In this document: positions 1 through 13,980 of the stretch, piece by piece
Layout: every line of letters begins with the position of its first letter
Position numbering within the stretch: the first letter of the stretch is position 1
Assembly (NCBI RefSeq): GCF_009914755.1
Contig: NC_060926.1
Origin: the human T2T-CHM13v2.0 reference genome, Homo sapiens
DNA length: 64,000 bases
Reading direction: 5' to 3' (one strand)
Program-made: the position numbers and the translations under genes
Notes under the pieces: generated by a model
Told to the model about the DNA's origin: nothing
The model's input: only the letters and a program-made list of their open reading frames with translations
Database searches by the model: none

Positions 1-3000
1 GGAAGTCTTAGGACTCTGCAAGAAAGCAGAAATAGGCAAGTTTAATTTTAACACAGGCTGGTGTGAGACCAAGTAATGACAGGGTTGGGGAAAAAAAGGG
101 TCAAAGTATTTATATGGTATAAATAATTTGTTGGGGAAGTCAGGTTAAATGCTTATATAAAAGGATTCCTTTATTATAAAGAAGTGGTTATTCTGTGTTC
201 TCAGTTATATAGACTCTCTTAGCATAACAATATATTGAGATTTAATTTAAGCTTTCATAACCAAATAGTACCAGAATTATGGCGCATGGTTTCCTGAAGA
301 CCTCGGCTCAACATATTACTGTGGACAGTGAGGCCAGTGAATTATTTGGTATTTTCAAGAGGGACAGTGAGACAAAACAGAAAATACTGTTGTAAGCTTA
401 GATGACAGGGTCAATTGTGCCTGAAACACTGATTTAGTGCTGAATCAGCCCATTTTAAGAATATAATCATAGCTTAAGAACCAGTTTAAAATTTCCCCAT
501 CCTACACTAAAGCAATGTCTTTAACTCCTTTGGATGTCTGTAGCACATTGTGTCTGACAATTCTGATGTTTTGTGCTAAACTGTGATCCACTATCTTTAG
601 GACATGATCTAATCTCTCCCAACTGGATTGTAGGTTATGTGAGGGCAGGGGTCTTACATTCATTTCTTTGCCTGCTAGCACCTAGCATATGCCTTGCAAA
701 TACAATAGAGACTGATATTATACACTGAGTTTAACCTGTGACATCAACTCTTCCTGCTGAGGGTGGAGAGAGGGAGAAATCCCTTTCTTTAACCCTTTGC
801 CCTTCCTTGCTCAGGCCTTGGTGTCTTCTGCCTCTGAGGAAACGGAATCTGTAAGCTTAGCAAAGAAACGCACAAGACGTTAATTCTTGGTTTTTGATTT
901 TTCAAAGGCGGGGGGTTCCAGCTAAGGGATTTTCATGAGTGTTTGTAAATTTCACCTGGCTTTTGCCCTAAAGGCAGACTTTAGAACCTAACCCCAGAAA
1001 TACAGGCTGACCTACACTGCAGTGGGTACTCGGGACTTGCTGAGGTGGTTGGTTGTTATGAGGCTGGACAGAGAAGGATGACTGTGGAATAGAGATCTTT
1101 CTGAAAGCAACTTGACAGGGGTGTGGGGGTCAAATGGAAGTGTGCAGTACACGTGTGAAGTCACTTGTGAATTGATAGCGGCAGGTTTATTTCTTCAAGG
1201 ATAGTAAGGGAATCTTGGATATATTTAACTCTTTCGGTAGGATGGTGGGAAGGCTGCTTACCTGCTCCGGGGGTGAGCCTAGGAGCCATAGCATGGGATC
1301 TGGGGATCTGTGTAGCACCCCCGCTGGCTCCTGGGAGGATGGTAAAGATTACGTACTGCAGCAGTGGGAAGTGGACGTAGTCTCAGCCCCCGGTGCCCAT
1401 CTTCCCTTTCTGGGCTTGGGTACAACTCTGGAATCAAATAACTTTATATCTGGAAGGAAGCTTAGGGGTTCTGAAACCTGGCTGGTCTTCAGGGTAACTA
1501 CTTGGGCAACCTTTTATAAAAGTGTGATTCTCAGCCCAGCCTAGATCTGTTACGTCAGTTTCCATAAGTGTGCTCCAAGAAGCTGTTCTTAAAGTCTTCT
1601 TCGTTTGAGTCAGACTAGCTTTTCTCCTTTACACAGAAGGCAGAGTGTAATGTAGTGACTAAGAGCAGAGCCTAGAGCCAGGTAGGATCAAACCCTTTTC
1701 TGCCATTGACTAGCTATGATTTTGTGCAGGATTCCTAACCTTCCTAGGCCTTCCTGCCTTCAGCTGTGAAGCTAGTATCCTCGCACATTAGAATAGTCCT
1801 GGTCCAGAGTGAGCATTTTGTGTTTGTTAAATAGATGAGGAAACCAAGGCTGTAAGAGGTGCAGTGGTGGCGGCATGTCTAGCAAACTTGGTCTTCAATC
1901 TGCATCTTCCCTGCTTCCCGGCCTGTGCTGTGTATGTGCTTTCTCCTTTTAGGTTTGGTTTTCATCACGTTTAAAGGTTTGGTTTTCATCACATTCTCCC
2001 TTTCTTCCATTCCACTCTCCAGTTGAAAAGTGCATCTCAGAAGAGCCATGCCTTCTACTTAGCAGCCCTTCGTAGCTACTAAGCCATAGATAAATCCCAG
2101 TGAGGTCTCAGTGTTCAGAGATGAGTGGACAGATGGGTGCATAGACATGACGGGGCAGTGACTGTGAGCTGGATACCCATGGAGGGTGGGTGGTGCAGTT
2201 ATAGGTTGGGCTTACTGCTAAGGAATACCACCTGTCTGGTTTCCAGGCCTTCTTAGACCTCTATGACCTTGAAAGCACCCCCACACCTCCATCCCTAGGA
2301 GGCTGGATAACTTGCACAACACCCAGGGCAGGTTTGAAAACGATTTATTTTTCTTAGTTTTTTGCTTGGCACTAATGTTTGCTAGGAAGGAGCTTGTGGA
2401 TTATTGATGACAAAACTGCCTAAGGTTGGAAAGTATGTGGGCAAATATGGAAGTAGTGTTTCCTTCACAGGTTTGTTAAACTGGCATTTAGATTTGCAAA
2501 CACTGATCTCTTGGAATTAAGTTAAAAGGCTAATTGTTAATTAGCCCTGAACTGGGGCAGGTAGATGGGCCTCTCACCAGTGCAGGTCCCTGTCAACTAA
2601 TAACAGGGTTTGATAACCACCATCAAATCTGCTATCTGGCTTTTCTGCTTAGATAAACAAGGCAAGACGATCTCAAACCAGCATACCGATTCCGAGGTTG
2701 GCATGTTTGTAGAAGACTGTTCTCAGGCCGCAGTGTGGCAGCAGACCCTCCCCAGTTCAGCCCCATGCCAGATTCCAACGTTGGATCCCACTGTCGCTTC
2801 ATCTCATCCTAAATTGGCAGAAAGACTGTTTAGAAAACTAAGTCTCTAAAACCAATTAAATGGTAAAGAAGACTGTTCTGAATTAGGGGGAATGGGATGA
2901 AGTACCACTAAACGCAAGTCACAAAGGGCAAAAACTCATGACATGGAGCCGTGGGTATCTGCTTGCATGTTTATTTGCCAAGCGGCTAGTATATTTTGCA

Positions 3001-3274
3001 TGTCATACAATCTGAAACTTACTTTTTTGAAAAGCCATTTCAGATATAGTATAAGAAAAGCCTTTGAGAGAAACATGCTTTCTAAGCCTGGGAGTACAGA
3101 AATAAAAATAAACTTTGCAATAATTTGAAAGGGGCACACTGGTTAGTTGAAGAGTAAGGAAGCACCCAGTAATGCCTCTTTACCCAAGAGCTCTGTTTGC
3201 TTTGCTCGGTGATATCAATGTCACTGTGGTTTCTTCATTTTGAAAAGGAAGTTCATTTGTACTGAGGTGGTTTT

Positions 3275-3276
<2 letters not shown>

Positions 3277-3308
<32 letters not shown>
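3277..3308. repeat. (GT)16 microsatellite
   Basis: Perfect dinucleotide run. Confidence 0.97.
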
Positions 3309-3311
<3 letters not shown>

Positions 3312-3860
3312 ATGCAAATGATAATAAACATTTCAGACCCAGAGGGCAGAATGTCACTGAACCTAAGCCCTCCTGAGCCAAATAACTCCTTTGTCCTTGC
3401 AGAATCAGGAGCCCTTCTCTTCAGGATATGCTGCCATTATGATAAAGCATTGTGATGTAAAGTTAACGAGAGGATCCTTATCCAAGTGAATCACAGCCAA
3501 GGGGTGGAATGGTTGGCCTCTGGTAGGGATGCCCCATTCAGCAGCACTGAGAGTTTGGAGTTGTTCTGTTCTCTTTCCTTCTTGCTGAGGGTAGTAAGAA
3601 ATCCTCCCTAGGCCCCATTCCCCTGATATATCTTGCGGGTGATGGCCTCTTACTGGCAGTGTGATTATGTATGTCCCTTTAGAACAAAGGTATCGAAACA
3701 ATAAAAGTTGTGAAATGGAAATGTTTACAATTCTACAAGGCTCCAGAGAGATTAGAGATAGGTAGGAAAAAGGCCATTGTTTTCCAATCAAAGGTGCTGA
3801 GAACCTGTTGATTGGACCTAAGGAATCCAGCTTTGCCACGACACAAAACCCAAGAGTTTT

Positions 3861-4220
<360 letters not shown>

Positions 4221-4975
4221 TGATCAAGTGGACATACAGAGACATAATTTTAGGAAAGGGATATTATTAATATTTGCCAGTGAGTCCTCGTTACTGCTGG
4301 TGAGACTAGGCCCAGGTACCGACTTAAGGCGATACTTTGAAAAAGTTGAGAGGTGGCTTAAAGACCTGGGTGATGAATGAAGAAGACCTCCATGACTTTA
4401 CAAGTGCAAAGAGAGATGGGTCTGGGCACTGCTGGGCCTTTTAGAGGCTCAAGGACAGTGGCCTTGGGGAAGGCTGAAGGAGACACCTATTGAATTAGAT
4501 GGTGCCAAGGCTGAGGGAGGACTTTCGGGAATCCCAGACTAGAGAAGTGTTTTAATGCCAAGAACATGGGAAACCCATTTCAGATACTGTATCAGATAAG
4601 CCAGCTTAGAAAAGCACCTTCTAAGGCTTGCCCTATATTTAGAAAGGGCTGCTACAGAGGTTAACTGAGAAGGGGTTGTAGGAATGTGGAGAGGCGTTGT
4701 GAGGATCCTCATTCAGGATGATCTGGGAGGTAAGCTCTGAGAGACAATGATACCTCTCCCCAAGCTTAGCAGCCATGCCAGAAGCCAGCTGAGAAGGTTT
4801 TTCAATATCATAGAATATGTAAGCTCTGTAAGCTCATTTATTTCTCTCTGTGTGTGTACATGTTTTAACCCAAAAGAAATAGGGATTTTTGTCTGTATTC
4901 GAACATGCAGGGAATGTGGTCTGGACCTGCCAGAGAAACCGTGGCCAGCTTTTTGGGGTTTTCCTATAGAAATTG

Positions 4976-6670
4976 TTCATTCAACAGATATTCACTGAGT
5001 ATTTACTATGTATTTGGCACTGTTCTAGTGCTGGGGCTACAGCAGCAAACAAAATAGACAAAATCCCTGCCTATGTTCTGATCGGGGAGACAAACCATAA
5101 ACAAAAAGGTGTATTATGTTAGATAGTAATAATTAATGCAGAAGTGTTAATGCAAGAGAGGGGAGAATGGTTGATGTGATCTGCAAAAATATAAAGTAGA
5201 GAGGGAACAGGGAGTGCAGATGGGGAGGGAAGTGGTCAGCAGTAGGGCTGCCTGGGAAGACTTTGCTGAGAAGGTGAAGCTGCATTCCTGGCAGAGAGAA
5301 TGGCAAACACAAAGGCCCTGAGGCAGAAGCATGTTCAGGCAAAGCAGTGAGTCTCCTTGGAGGCAGATTGTATAGGGCCTTATGGATCATCGAATGACTG
5401 GCTTTTACTCATGAATGAGATGGGGAGCATTTGTAGGTTCTGAGAAGAGTAGGACATGTCCTCACTTGGATTTTAAATGGATTTCTCTGGCCTGCAGCCT
5501 TGAGAGTAGACTGTATGAGGACAAAGATAGAAGTAATGATACTGACTAGGAGGCTCCTGTAATAAACAGATAAGAGATGGTGATTTGGACCAATGTGGCA
5601 GCAATGAATATAGTAAAAAGTGCTTGGATTCAGGATATGTCTTGAAAGTAGAGTCAACAGGATTTCCTGGGGACTAGGTATCAGTTGGGACAGACAGAGT
5701 AGAGAAGAATGTGTCCAAAGTTTTTGACCTGAGCAGCTGGAAGGATGGAGTTGTATTATGGTTTGGGGAGAGATGTGAGAGTAATAGATTTTGGGGGCAG
5801 GGCAGGAGTATGGTTTTAGATATGTCAGGTTTGGAGTGTCTAGACAGCCAAGTGAGTTATTTAGGCAGTTGAGTAAGCAGCTGAGTCAATTAAAAAAATT
5901 GAATTTAAAAGCCTGAAGTTCAGTTGGAAAGGTTTGATTGGTGATGCAAGTAGAGGAGCCTCTAGGTTGTGTTTAGAATGATGAACTGATGAGGGCACCA
6001 AGGACGGGGATGGAGGCCTGAGCCCTATGGTGTTCTTACACATGGAGGTTAGGGAGAGCCCTGGAGACTGACACCCATGGCAGGAGGAGAGGGAGGGAGT
6101 GTGTGGTCCTGGAAACCACATGATGGGGTTTCAAAGAGGAAGTGAAAGATCAGTTATATCAAATGACACTTACTGAGATTTGATCGCTAGATTGGCAATG
6201 TAGAAGCCACTGGTGACCTTGTGAGAGCACTGATGGGGAGGAGTGGGAGCAATGCCTAATTGGAGTGGGTTTGTGAGAGAACAGGAGAGAAGGAATTGGA
6301 GACCATAGGAACTCTTGAGGGGTTTTGCTGTAGAGGGGAGCAGAGCCATGGCAACAACTGTAAGGGGAAATAGTGGGTTTTTGTTTCGTTTTGTTTAAGA
6401 TGGGAGAAGATTATAGTGAGCTGGTTTGATGAAGATGATTCAGTCAAAAAGGAAAAGTTAATGCAAGAGAGGGGAGAACTGTTGGTGTGACCTCACCAAC
6501 TGAGTAGGTGAGAGGACGTACCGTGGGGGAGGTGGCCTGATGACTGGAGCAAGGGTAGCTCATCACAGTTATGAGGAAGAAAGGTCGGATGAGGGGCACA
6601 GATGCAGGTAGGTGGCTAATTATCCTGGTGGAAGGGCATGGGGTTTTTCCATTGCTTCTAATTTCTCAGT
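4976..6670 (-). mobile_element. L2 LINE relic, about 1.7 kb
   Basis: Begins with cattcaacagatattcactgagtatttactatgtatttggcactgttctag (antisense L2 3' end), followed by the typical purine-rich L2 body; right end approximate. Confidence 0.8.
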
Positions 6671-6744
6671 GAATAATAATAAGTCATTAGCCCTAAGTTA
6701 CTCAGTAGTTGTGTAAAAGTTTGCCTCATTAGGAGTAAGAACTT

Positions 6745-6925
6745 CACTGAGGCAGATGGATGTGGATTTGAATCCCAGCTCCTTTACATTCTATTGATTT
6801 TGACATTGGACAAATTACTTATCTTCATTGGTCAAATGAAGGTACTAATAGCACCTACCTCAGAGGGTTGTGAACATTAAAGGTGAGGATAAAGCACTTA
6901 GCAGAGTGCCCGGCATATCCAATCA
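6745..6925 (+). mobile_element. MIR SINE
   Basis: ggatttgaatcccagctc...ggacaaattacttatc...aatagcacctacctcagagggttgtg core. Confidence 0.75.
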
Positions 6926-9659
6926 ACATCAGCCTTTACTGTTAGGGTCCCTTAAAGTAAAATATGAACATAATTCCCTCACACTGGGGAGTTTTTGTAG
7001 CTCTCTTATCTTTTCAGTCTGGTGGACAGCAGAGGTTACCCTTTGGGGGCCAGGTCAAAGGTTAAGTTTCCCTATGGAAGACTACAACTGGAGGGCAGTC
7101 CACAGGCCGCCATGAAGTATACATTGTTTTGATGAAGACAGGAAGGGGAAATATGGGACTTGGAAGAAGGAAGAGAAGATGGCAGCATGTCAAAACTCTT
7201 TGGCAATCTGCAGACCTTTGTGCTATATTTGAGCTACAGAGAACCACGACTTTTTATTTTGAGTTCTTACAAGACTCATTTTAGGTGTGGAGAGAGCTCT
7301 TCCCATGTGGGTCTGCAGCTCTAGAATTGGGTAGTGCCTTGGATGGCACAGTCCTGGTGTATCCTGCAGGCTGAGTGGACAGGAGGGCGTTGACTGGGTG
7401 TGTGTGATACAGGGTGGAAGCCAGCTCCGAGAACGCAGCAGGAGAGCCAAGGCTGTGCTTCCTGTTCCTGCTGGCCTGGTTGATTTGTCTTTGTAATCCT
7501 AGTCAATGCATCCAGCGTCTCAGTGCATATATTGAATAAAAAATGACGAATGGCCTTGTTGAATTGTCAGGAGTGTAGAAAATGAGGCTCAATCAGCACT
7601 TTGGGTTCTAAAATACTGTCGTTTTTCAATCTCTTCTTTCAAGATTATTGGTATAGACCTTGAGGGAAATCTGAGTTCAAAAGGAAATAGAATATCTTTG
7701 GAATTTTGCAAAAGTGTGAGTCATCAGGACTTGAGCATACATTCCCCTGGTGTGCTGCAAATCAGATATGAAACATCTTCCTGAGGTGGCATGGTGGTGG
7801 TATAAAAGCTTCATTATAGTACAGAATGAAGTGTGTACTTATATAAAACACAAGTCTTCGAAGACATTGCAAGCTTTTGGTGGTTGCTTTGCACTGTGCC
7901 TCTGTACATGTTCACCTGCCTCTGTCATTCAGTGCTTTTGTGAAAATGGCTGGGAAGCATTGACCAGCTCAACCTTTTCTCTCTAGAAGGAAGACTGAGA
8001 CCCAGAAAAGTCAAGTGACAGCTAGTCAGTGGTAATGTGGGCCCTGAAACCTAGCTGCCCAGTGCCCAGTCCACCTGATGGTATGCCATACACATCTTCC
8101 GTTTGGTGAAATAGCCCATTCTTGGAGTTAAACTTGTGCCACATAAATCTTGCCCTTAATAGAACAGTATCTTGGGTTTTTAAATGTCCCCTACATAGTG
8201 GGCTGGGAGAGATAGAAAATACAGCCACTGTCACCCCTTCCCCTGCTTACTAGGGCACTCCAAATGACCATAGCACATTTTTTCAGTGGAGTCTCAGAAT
8301 TCTTCAGGTCAACATTGGTCAGCCTTCACTGTTGTGTGGGTGTTTGCAAATAAGACAGCACCTGTTTGCCCTCCTGGCCTTGCTAAATCCCGTGCATATG
8401 GAAGGCACCCTATAAATGTATGCCTGATGGATATGAGTCCTGTTGGTTTGTGAGCTTCTTAAGAACAAGGCTGACATCTTGTTCAGTTTTGGTTCAAATC
8501 TAATACATAGAAATGGATATTCAGTAGGTATTTGTTGAACTCTTTGATTCCCCAAATACACTAAAGGCTTTTAGAGAACAGGAACCAGGGTAAACATTTC
8601 TTTAGAATGATCTTTTACATGCTGGTACTTTGAAAAAAAATTGTGGTAAAATATACATAACATAAAATTTATTTTAACCATTTTAAAGTGTATGATTCAG
8701 TATTGTTAAGTATATTCACATCATTTCTTGCCCGGAAATGATGTTGTTTCATATTATGAGGCCATAAAGTATTGATAAGCTAAACAAACTTTAACTCAAT
8801 ATATGATTGTGCTGTATCATTTAGTACTATATTCTAATGTGTATTAGTGGCAATGAAATTTAAAGTTTAACATATTTATGGTACAAGTTGAAATTTAGTC
8901 TCTTAGCTTATTATGTGTTTTTCCAATCCGGTTAAGGACTGCTATGAGTTGAATTCAGCAGTTGTATACCTGGCACCAACAGCCTTTGAGAAACCAAGTA
9001 ATTTAAGTTTTTAATTGAGTAACAGAAAATTGCAACTAATAAAATGCCTGGCTATATTAGCTTATTTGTCATTTATATGTTGTTAGTACTCCTTAACTCT
9101 TGGTAGCTTTAAGATGAAACCAAGAGTGGTTTCAGTTGCATTCTGTGTTCTGATTGAAGCTGAGGCTTGATTTGTGGCTTGAAGTTTGAAAGGAAGTGCC
9201 TGTTTGTTCAGGGAACACCAATTGGACTAACAGCTGTCCTCTGTATTAAGGCCATCTTTAGCTTGTCTTGCAAATACTTTCCTTGTTCACTAATCCCTTC
9301 TCCCCACCCTGCTTCCTTTAGACCCATGTTAATCTATTACCTGGGAGCAGCTCTAGATTCTTGAGTTGGTAATGACTAATTTCTCCGTTGCTCTCATCCT
9401 GTTGAGTTTAATAGGCTCTCTTTTTTCTTACTGATGTTTTCATGATGAGATTTCTAATAAGTTATTTGGGAGCTATCAGAATAGAAACTAATAAATATTA
9501 TCTATCTATTAGCTGTCAGAATAAAAGCTTACTGAGGGTCCTGAACTGTGAGGCCACTGAAGGCAGGGGTTTGGGTCTGATTTATCTGTGTTTGCCTAGA
9601 GCTTTAACAGAGCCTGACACTTGTAACTCTTAAAAATATGCTTTAAAATAAATCTAAAC

Positions 9660-9802
9660 TCAGGCATGGTGGCTCATGCCAGTGATCCCAGCACTTTGGA
9701 AGGTTGAGGTGGGAGGAAGGCCTGAGCCTAGGAACTCAAGGTGAGAGTGAGCTATGATTGTGTCACTGCACTCCAGCCTGGGTAACAGAGTGGAGACGCT
9801 GT

Positions 9803-9843
<41 letters not shown>
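9660..9843 (+). mobile_element. Alu monomer (FRAM/FAM-like) with 35-A tail
   Basis: Single arm of about 150 nt ending gcactccagcctgggtaacagag; A run at 9809-9843. Confidence 0.85.
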
Positions 9844-9846
<3 letters not shown>

Positions 9847-10386
9847 AACCTCAGTGCATAAGACACAGGTGTTTTCATCTGTGAACGAGAGTAGACACAT
9901 TCTAGTAATACCCAATGTTTTTGTGAATTTCTTTACAATTGAAACTATTTTCCACTTGTAGAAGTTGGGAAGGAACTTGGGGAATGGCCTGGAAAGGTAG
10001 ACCACCATCCTCATTTCATAGAACAAGAAATGGAGACCTAGGATTTGTCATAGTCCTGCAGCCAGCTACAGACAGAGCTGTGCCTACAATTCCCTTCTTG
10101 TCCTGAGTTGTTTCTGCTTCATTTCCCACTAGAACCCCATCCCGCCCTCACCCCTAAGCAGAGGTCCAGCTAGCTAATGTGTCTGTTTTTATAAAATGCC
10201 ACCAGAAGCTTAAGTACGTCGGTTCGTGTCCCATCAAACTTGTCCAGATCTCTTTCTCATCATAGAGAGGTACCATCCTGAGTTGCTCAGATGATAAACA
10301 TTTCTCCATTAGAAACTAGGCTCGGATTTGCCTGTGGCCACAAATCCAGAAGCAGCTGTGTGTTCCCCATGTTTCTCACCAACCCC

Positions 10387-10528
10387 TGCGTCATGTTTCT
10401 GAATAAGGAGTCCTGGTTACCGCCACACCCCTCATTCATTGCTTTAGATTAGATGAAAGGCGAGGTGCCTGACTCAGGCCACTGACTCACTCTGCTTGGG
10501 TGAACCCAGCTCCTCCCGGTAGGAAGTG
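10387..10528. promoter_or_regulatory. Candidate enhancer motif cluster (AP-1 x2, KLF, ETS)
   Basis: TGCGTCA 10387, GCCACACCC 10422, TGACTCA 10470 and 10483, AGGAAGTG 10521; motif matches only. Confidence 0.45.
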
Positions 10529-11062
10529 ATTGCCCCAGGCAGGTTGAGGAGTGCCCACAGCATCCAGGACTAAAGCATTTGGACCCTGCAGCTATTTATA
10601 AACAGCACTTTACAGTGCTTTCAGTCTGAATATTGGGACTCCCCTAGAAAGGACAGATTCAGTCCTTTCTGAAAGGAGGATAGACGAAGGGTGAGGAGTT
10701 CTTGTTGGATGTATTTTCATAGCTGAAAGGTTCCCCTGAATGCTGTCAGTGCCATGGATGTTCATAGGGAAGGTTAGAGTTCCTGTCTCTGATGTCATTC
10801 ATTTTATGCTGCAGCTCACTTGACTGTGGGACTCCCTAGGAAAGCTTATCTACCTTTTCAGCTGTTGCACCTCTTTTCTTCCATGTAGTTTGCCCTCTGC
10901 CTTACATTCACTCTTCATTGTAATGCCCCAGTTGCCAGCACAGTGCCTGGCGCACAGTAGGTACGTGTTTGTGAGCTTGCTTTACTGATGTGTTGTCATG
11001 CCTCTGGAACGGGCTGTAAAAATCAATCTTTGACTCTTTGCCAGCAACTGCCCACATAAAGA

Positions 11063-11090
11063 GAGCATGTGTGAGCTTGTTTTATGCAAT
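11063..11090. promoter_or_regulatory. Candidate p63/p53 response element abutting a C/EBP-type site
   Basis: GAGCATGTGT GAGCTTGTTT matches (RRRCWWGYYY)2 at 19/20 with no spacer; TTATGCAAT at 11082-11090. Confidence 0.55.
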
Positions 11091-11209
11091 TACAAGGTTT
11101 GCTTCATGACTTGTGGGCGCTGATTTTTTTTTTTTAACCTCACTATCTCCATCATTTTCTCTGCAAGATTTTCAGTGACCCTCGTGTCCATGGACTGACC
11201 TCCATTTTT

Positions 11210-11645
11210 AAAATTTCATTTTTAATTTATTTTTGAATAGGTAGTACAGTCACATGGTACAAATATTAAAACTACAAAGATGGAATGAAAGTCAGCCTCC
11301 CACCCTTGATCTCTGGGCATCCTATTCTTCCTGGAGGCAACCATTGTTTTACCAGCTTACTGTGAATCTTTCAGAGCTACCTATACATTTACAAGCAAAT
11401 ATGTACATAGATTTTTTTTACCCATTTGCCATGTAGATTCTTTTGCACCTTGCTCTTTTTCTCTTGGTATGTTTTAATGCCTGTTCAATCTTGTAAATAA
11501 AGAGCTTCCTTATTATTTTTAATCTCTGCATAATACTCAGTTTCGAGGATGAACTATGATTTATTTAACCAGTCTGGGTATTCAGATAATTTCTAATCCT
11601 TCGCCGTTAAAAGCAGTGCTGCAGTGAAGAACTTTATGCTTCCCT
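11210..11645 (-). mobile_element. Old L1M (L1ME-like) 3' fragment
   Basis: T-rich antisense L1M pattern (tttatttaaccagtc..., gcagtgctgcagtgaa). Confidence 0.55.
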
Positions 11646-12022
11646 CATTTCACCTTAAATGAATTAATTTAAGGTGAATTAATTAATTCCTAGTGCAGAG
11701 TGGCCTGGCCGGCGTTGTTGTTTTAATGGTCACGGCTGATTCTGGAGGAGTGGCTGCCCTCATTCCTTTCTATCCTAACCATCTGATAGGACCACAGGCT
11801 ACGCTATCAGTGGGTTTAGTAGAGTCTTTTCAACAATCGAGTTTCCAGCCTTATGCCCAAGCTGTTGGATCCCTGAAGGCTTCAATGTTTGTGTCCTAGC
11901 TGTACTTTATGCTTGTTAAAATGTATGTGTTAAAATTAGAATGGCTTGTTGGAATGTGTAAGATTGCGTATAGTGTTTCATGTTTTATCACTGTGTTGAG
12001 TTTACAAAGTTACTTGATGTTA

Positions 12023-12321
12023 TTTCTTTTTTCTTTTTTGAGGCAGGGTCTCACGCTTTCGCCCAGGCTGGAGTACGAGTGGTGCACTCACGGGTTACTG
12101 CAGCCTCAACCTCCTGGGCTCAGGTGATCCTCCCGCCTCGGCCTCCCGAGTACCTGGGACTACTGGCATGCACTACCACGCCTGGCTAATCTTTGTATTT
12201 TTTGTAAATATGAGGTTTCACCATGTTGTTCAGGCTGGTCTCAAATTCCTGGGCTCAAGTGATCCTCCCACCTTGGCCCCCAAAGTTCTGGGATTACAGG
12301 AGTGAGCCACCATGCCTGGCC
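12023..12321 (-). mobile_element. Alu (AluJ-like)
   Basis: Antisense Alu dimer with T-rich tail. Confidence 0.92.
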
Positions 12322-12650
12322 CATCGTTTCATTTGATCCTTGCAACACCCTATGAGAATATTTAGATAGAACGATTTCACAGATAATCCATAGTGATACT
12401 CAGCTAACGGGTGGTACTGCCAAGACTTGAACCCACCATTCTTGTAACTTCCTTGATATCTCTAATTATGGTTTTGGTCTGCCAGTTTGTTATGGAGCAG
12501 AAAAGAAGATGTAAGCTTTCTGGAGGTAGTAGCTGCTACAGGCATACACTATATTATCTCAGCAATAGCAAGTCCAAGTAGGACTGATTCAGTATACACA
12601 AAGAAGTATTAGTTGCTAAAATATTGAAATAACTTTCATTCTGGTTGGTG

Positions 12651-12917
12651 CACGTTGAGTATCCCAAATATGAACAACCAAAATCTGAAATGCTCCAAAG
12701 CTGGAAACTTTTTGAGTGTTTTTGAGTGCCTGCCAACATGACATGCAAGAGAAACATTCATTGGAGCATTTCGGATTTTGGATTTTTAGATTTGGGATGC
12801 TCAGTAAGTATTAATGCAAATATTCCAAAATCCCCGCCCCCCGCCCCCCGCCAAAAAAAACCAAAAACCCAAAACACTTGTAGTCCCAAGCATTTCAGAA
12901 AAATGATACTCAACCTG
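12651..12917. mobile_element. Tigger4a/MER46-like non-autonomous DNA transposon
   Basis: Terminal inverted repeats cacgttgagtatc...gatactcaacctg(ta); internal aaatgctccaa / ttggagcattt inverted repeat. Confidence 0.85.
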
Positions 12918-13209
12918 TAAATAGCTTTGCCCCAAACCCCCCTGAGTTTCTTTCTCTACTTCCCTGGCCAGTTTTCACATAGGAACCCCCCTAATCGCCA
13001 CGTATTTCCCCCCCACAACCCAGCAATAAAGGGGAAATGCCCTCATAAGCGAGGAGCCCCTGGATTGTAGCTCCCGTGCTATGGCCACCATCTGTGCTCG
13101 CTAATTGGTTCCCAAGCCATACTGGTCCCTAAATATTCTTAAATCTGTAAGTGCAGGAATGGAGTATTAAACAATGTAAGCGTTTAGGCATATAACTTGA
13201 TTTCTGTAG

Positions 13210-13513
<304 letters not shown>

Positions 13514-13615
13514 GGTATTTATACTTTGTAAATTGCCTTTGTTGTTCTTAGTATCCTATTTCTAAATCTGTTGTCTTTTTCTTTTCTTTTTTTTTTTTTA
13601 ACAAAAAAAAAAAAA

Positions 13616-13980
<365 letters not shown>

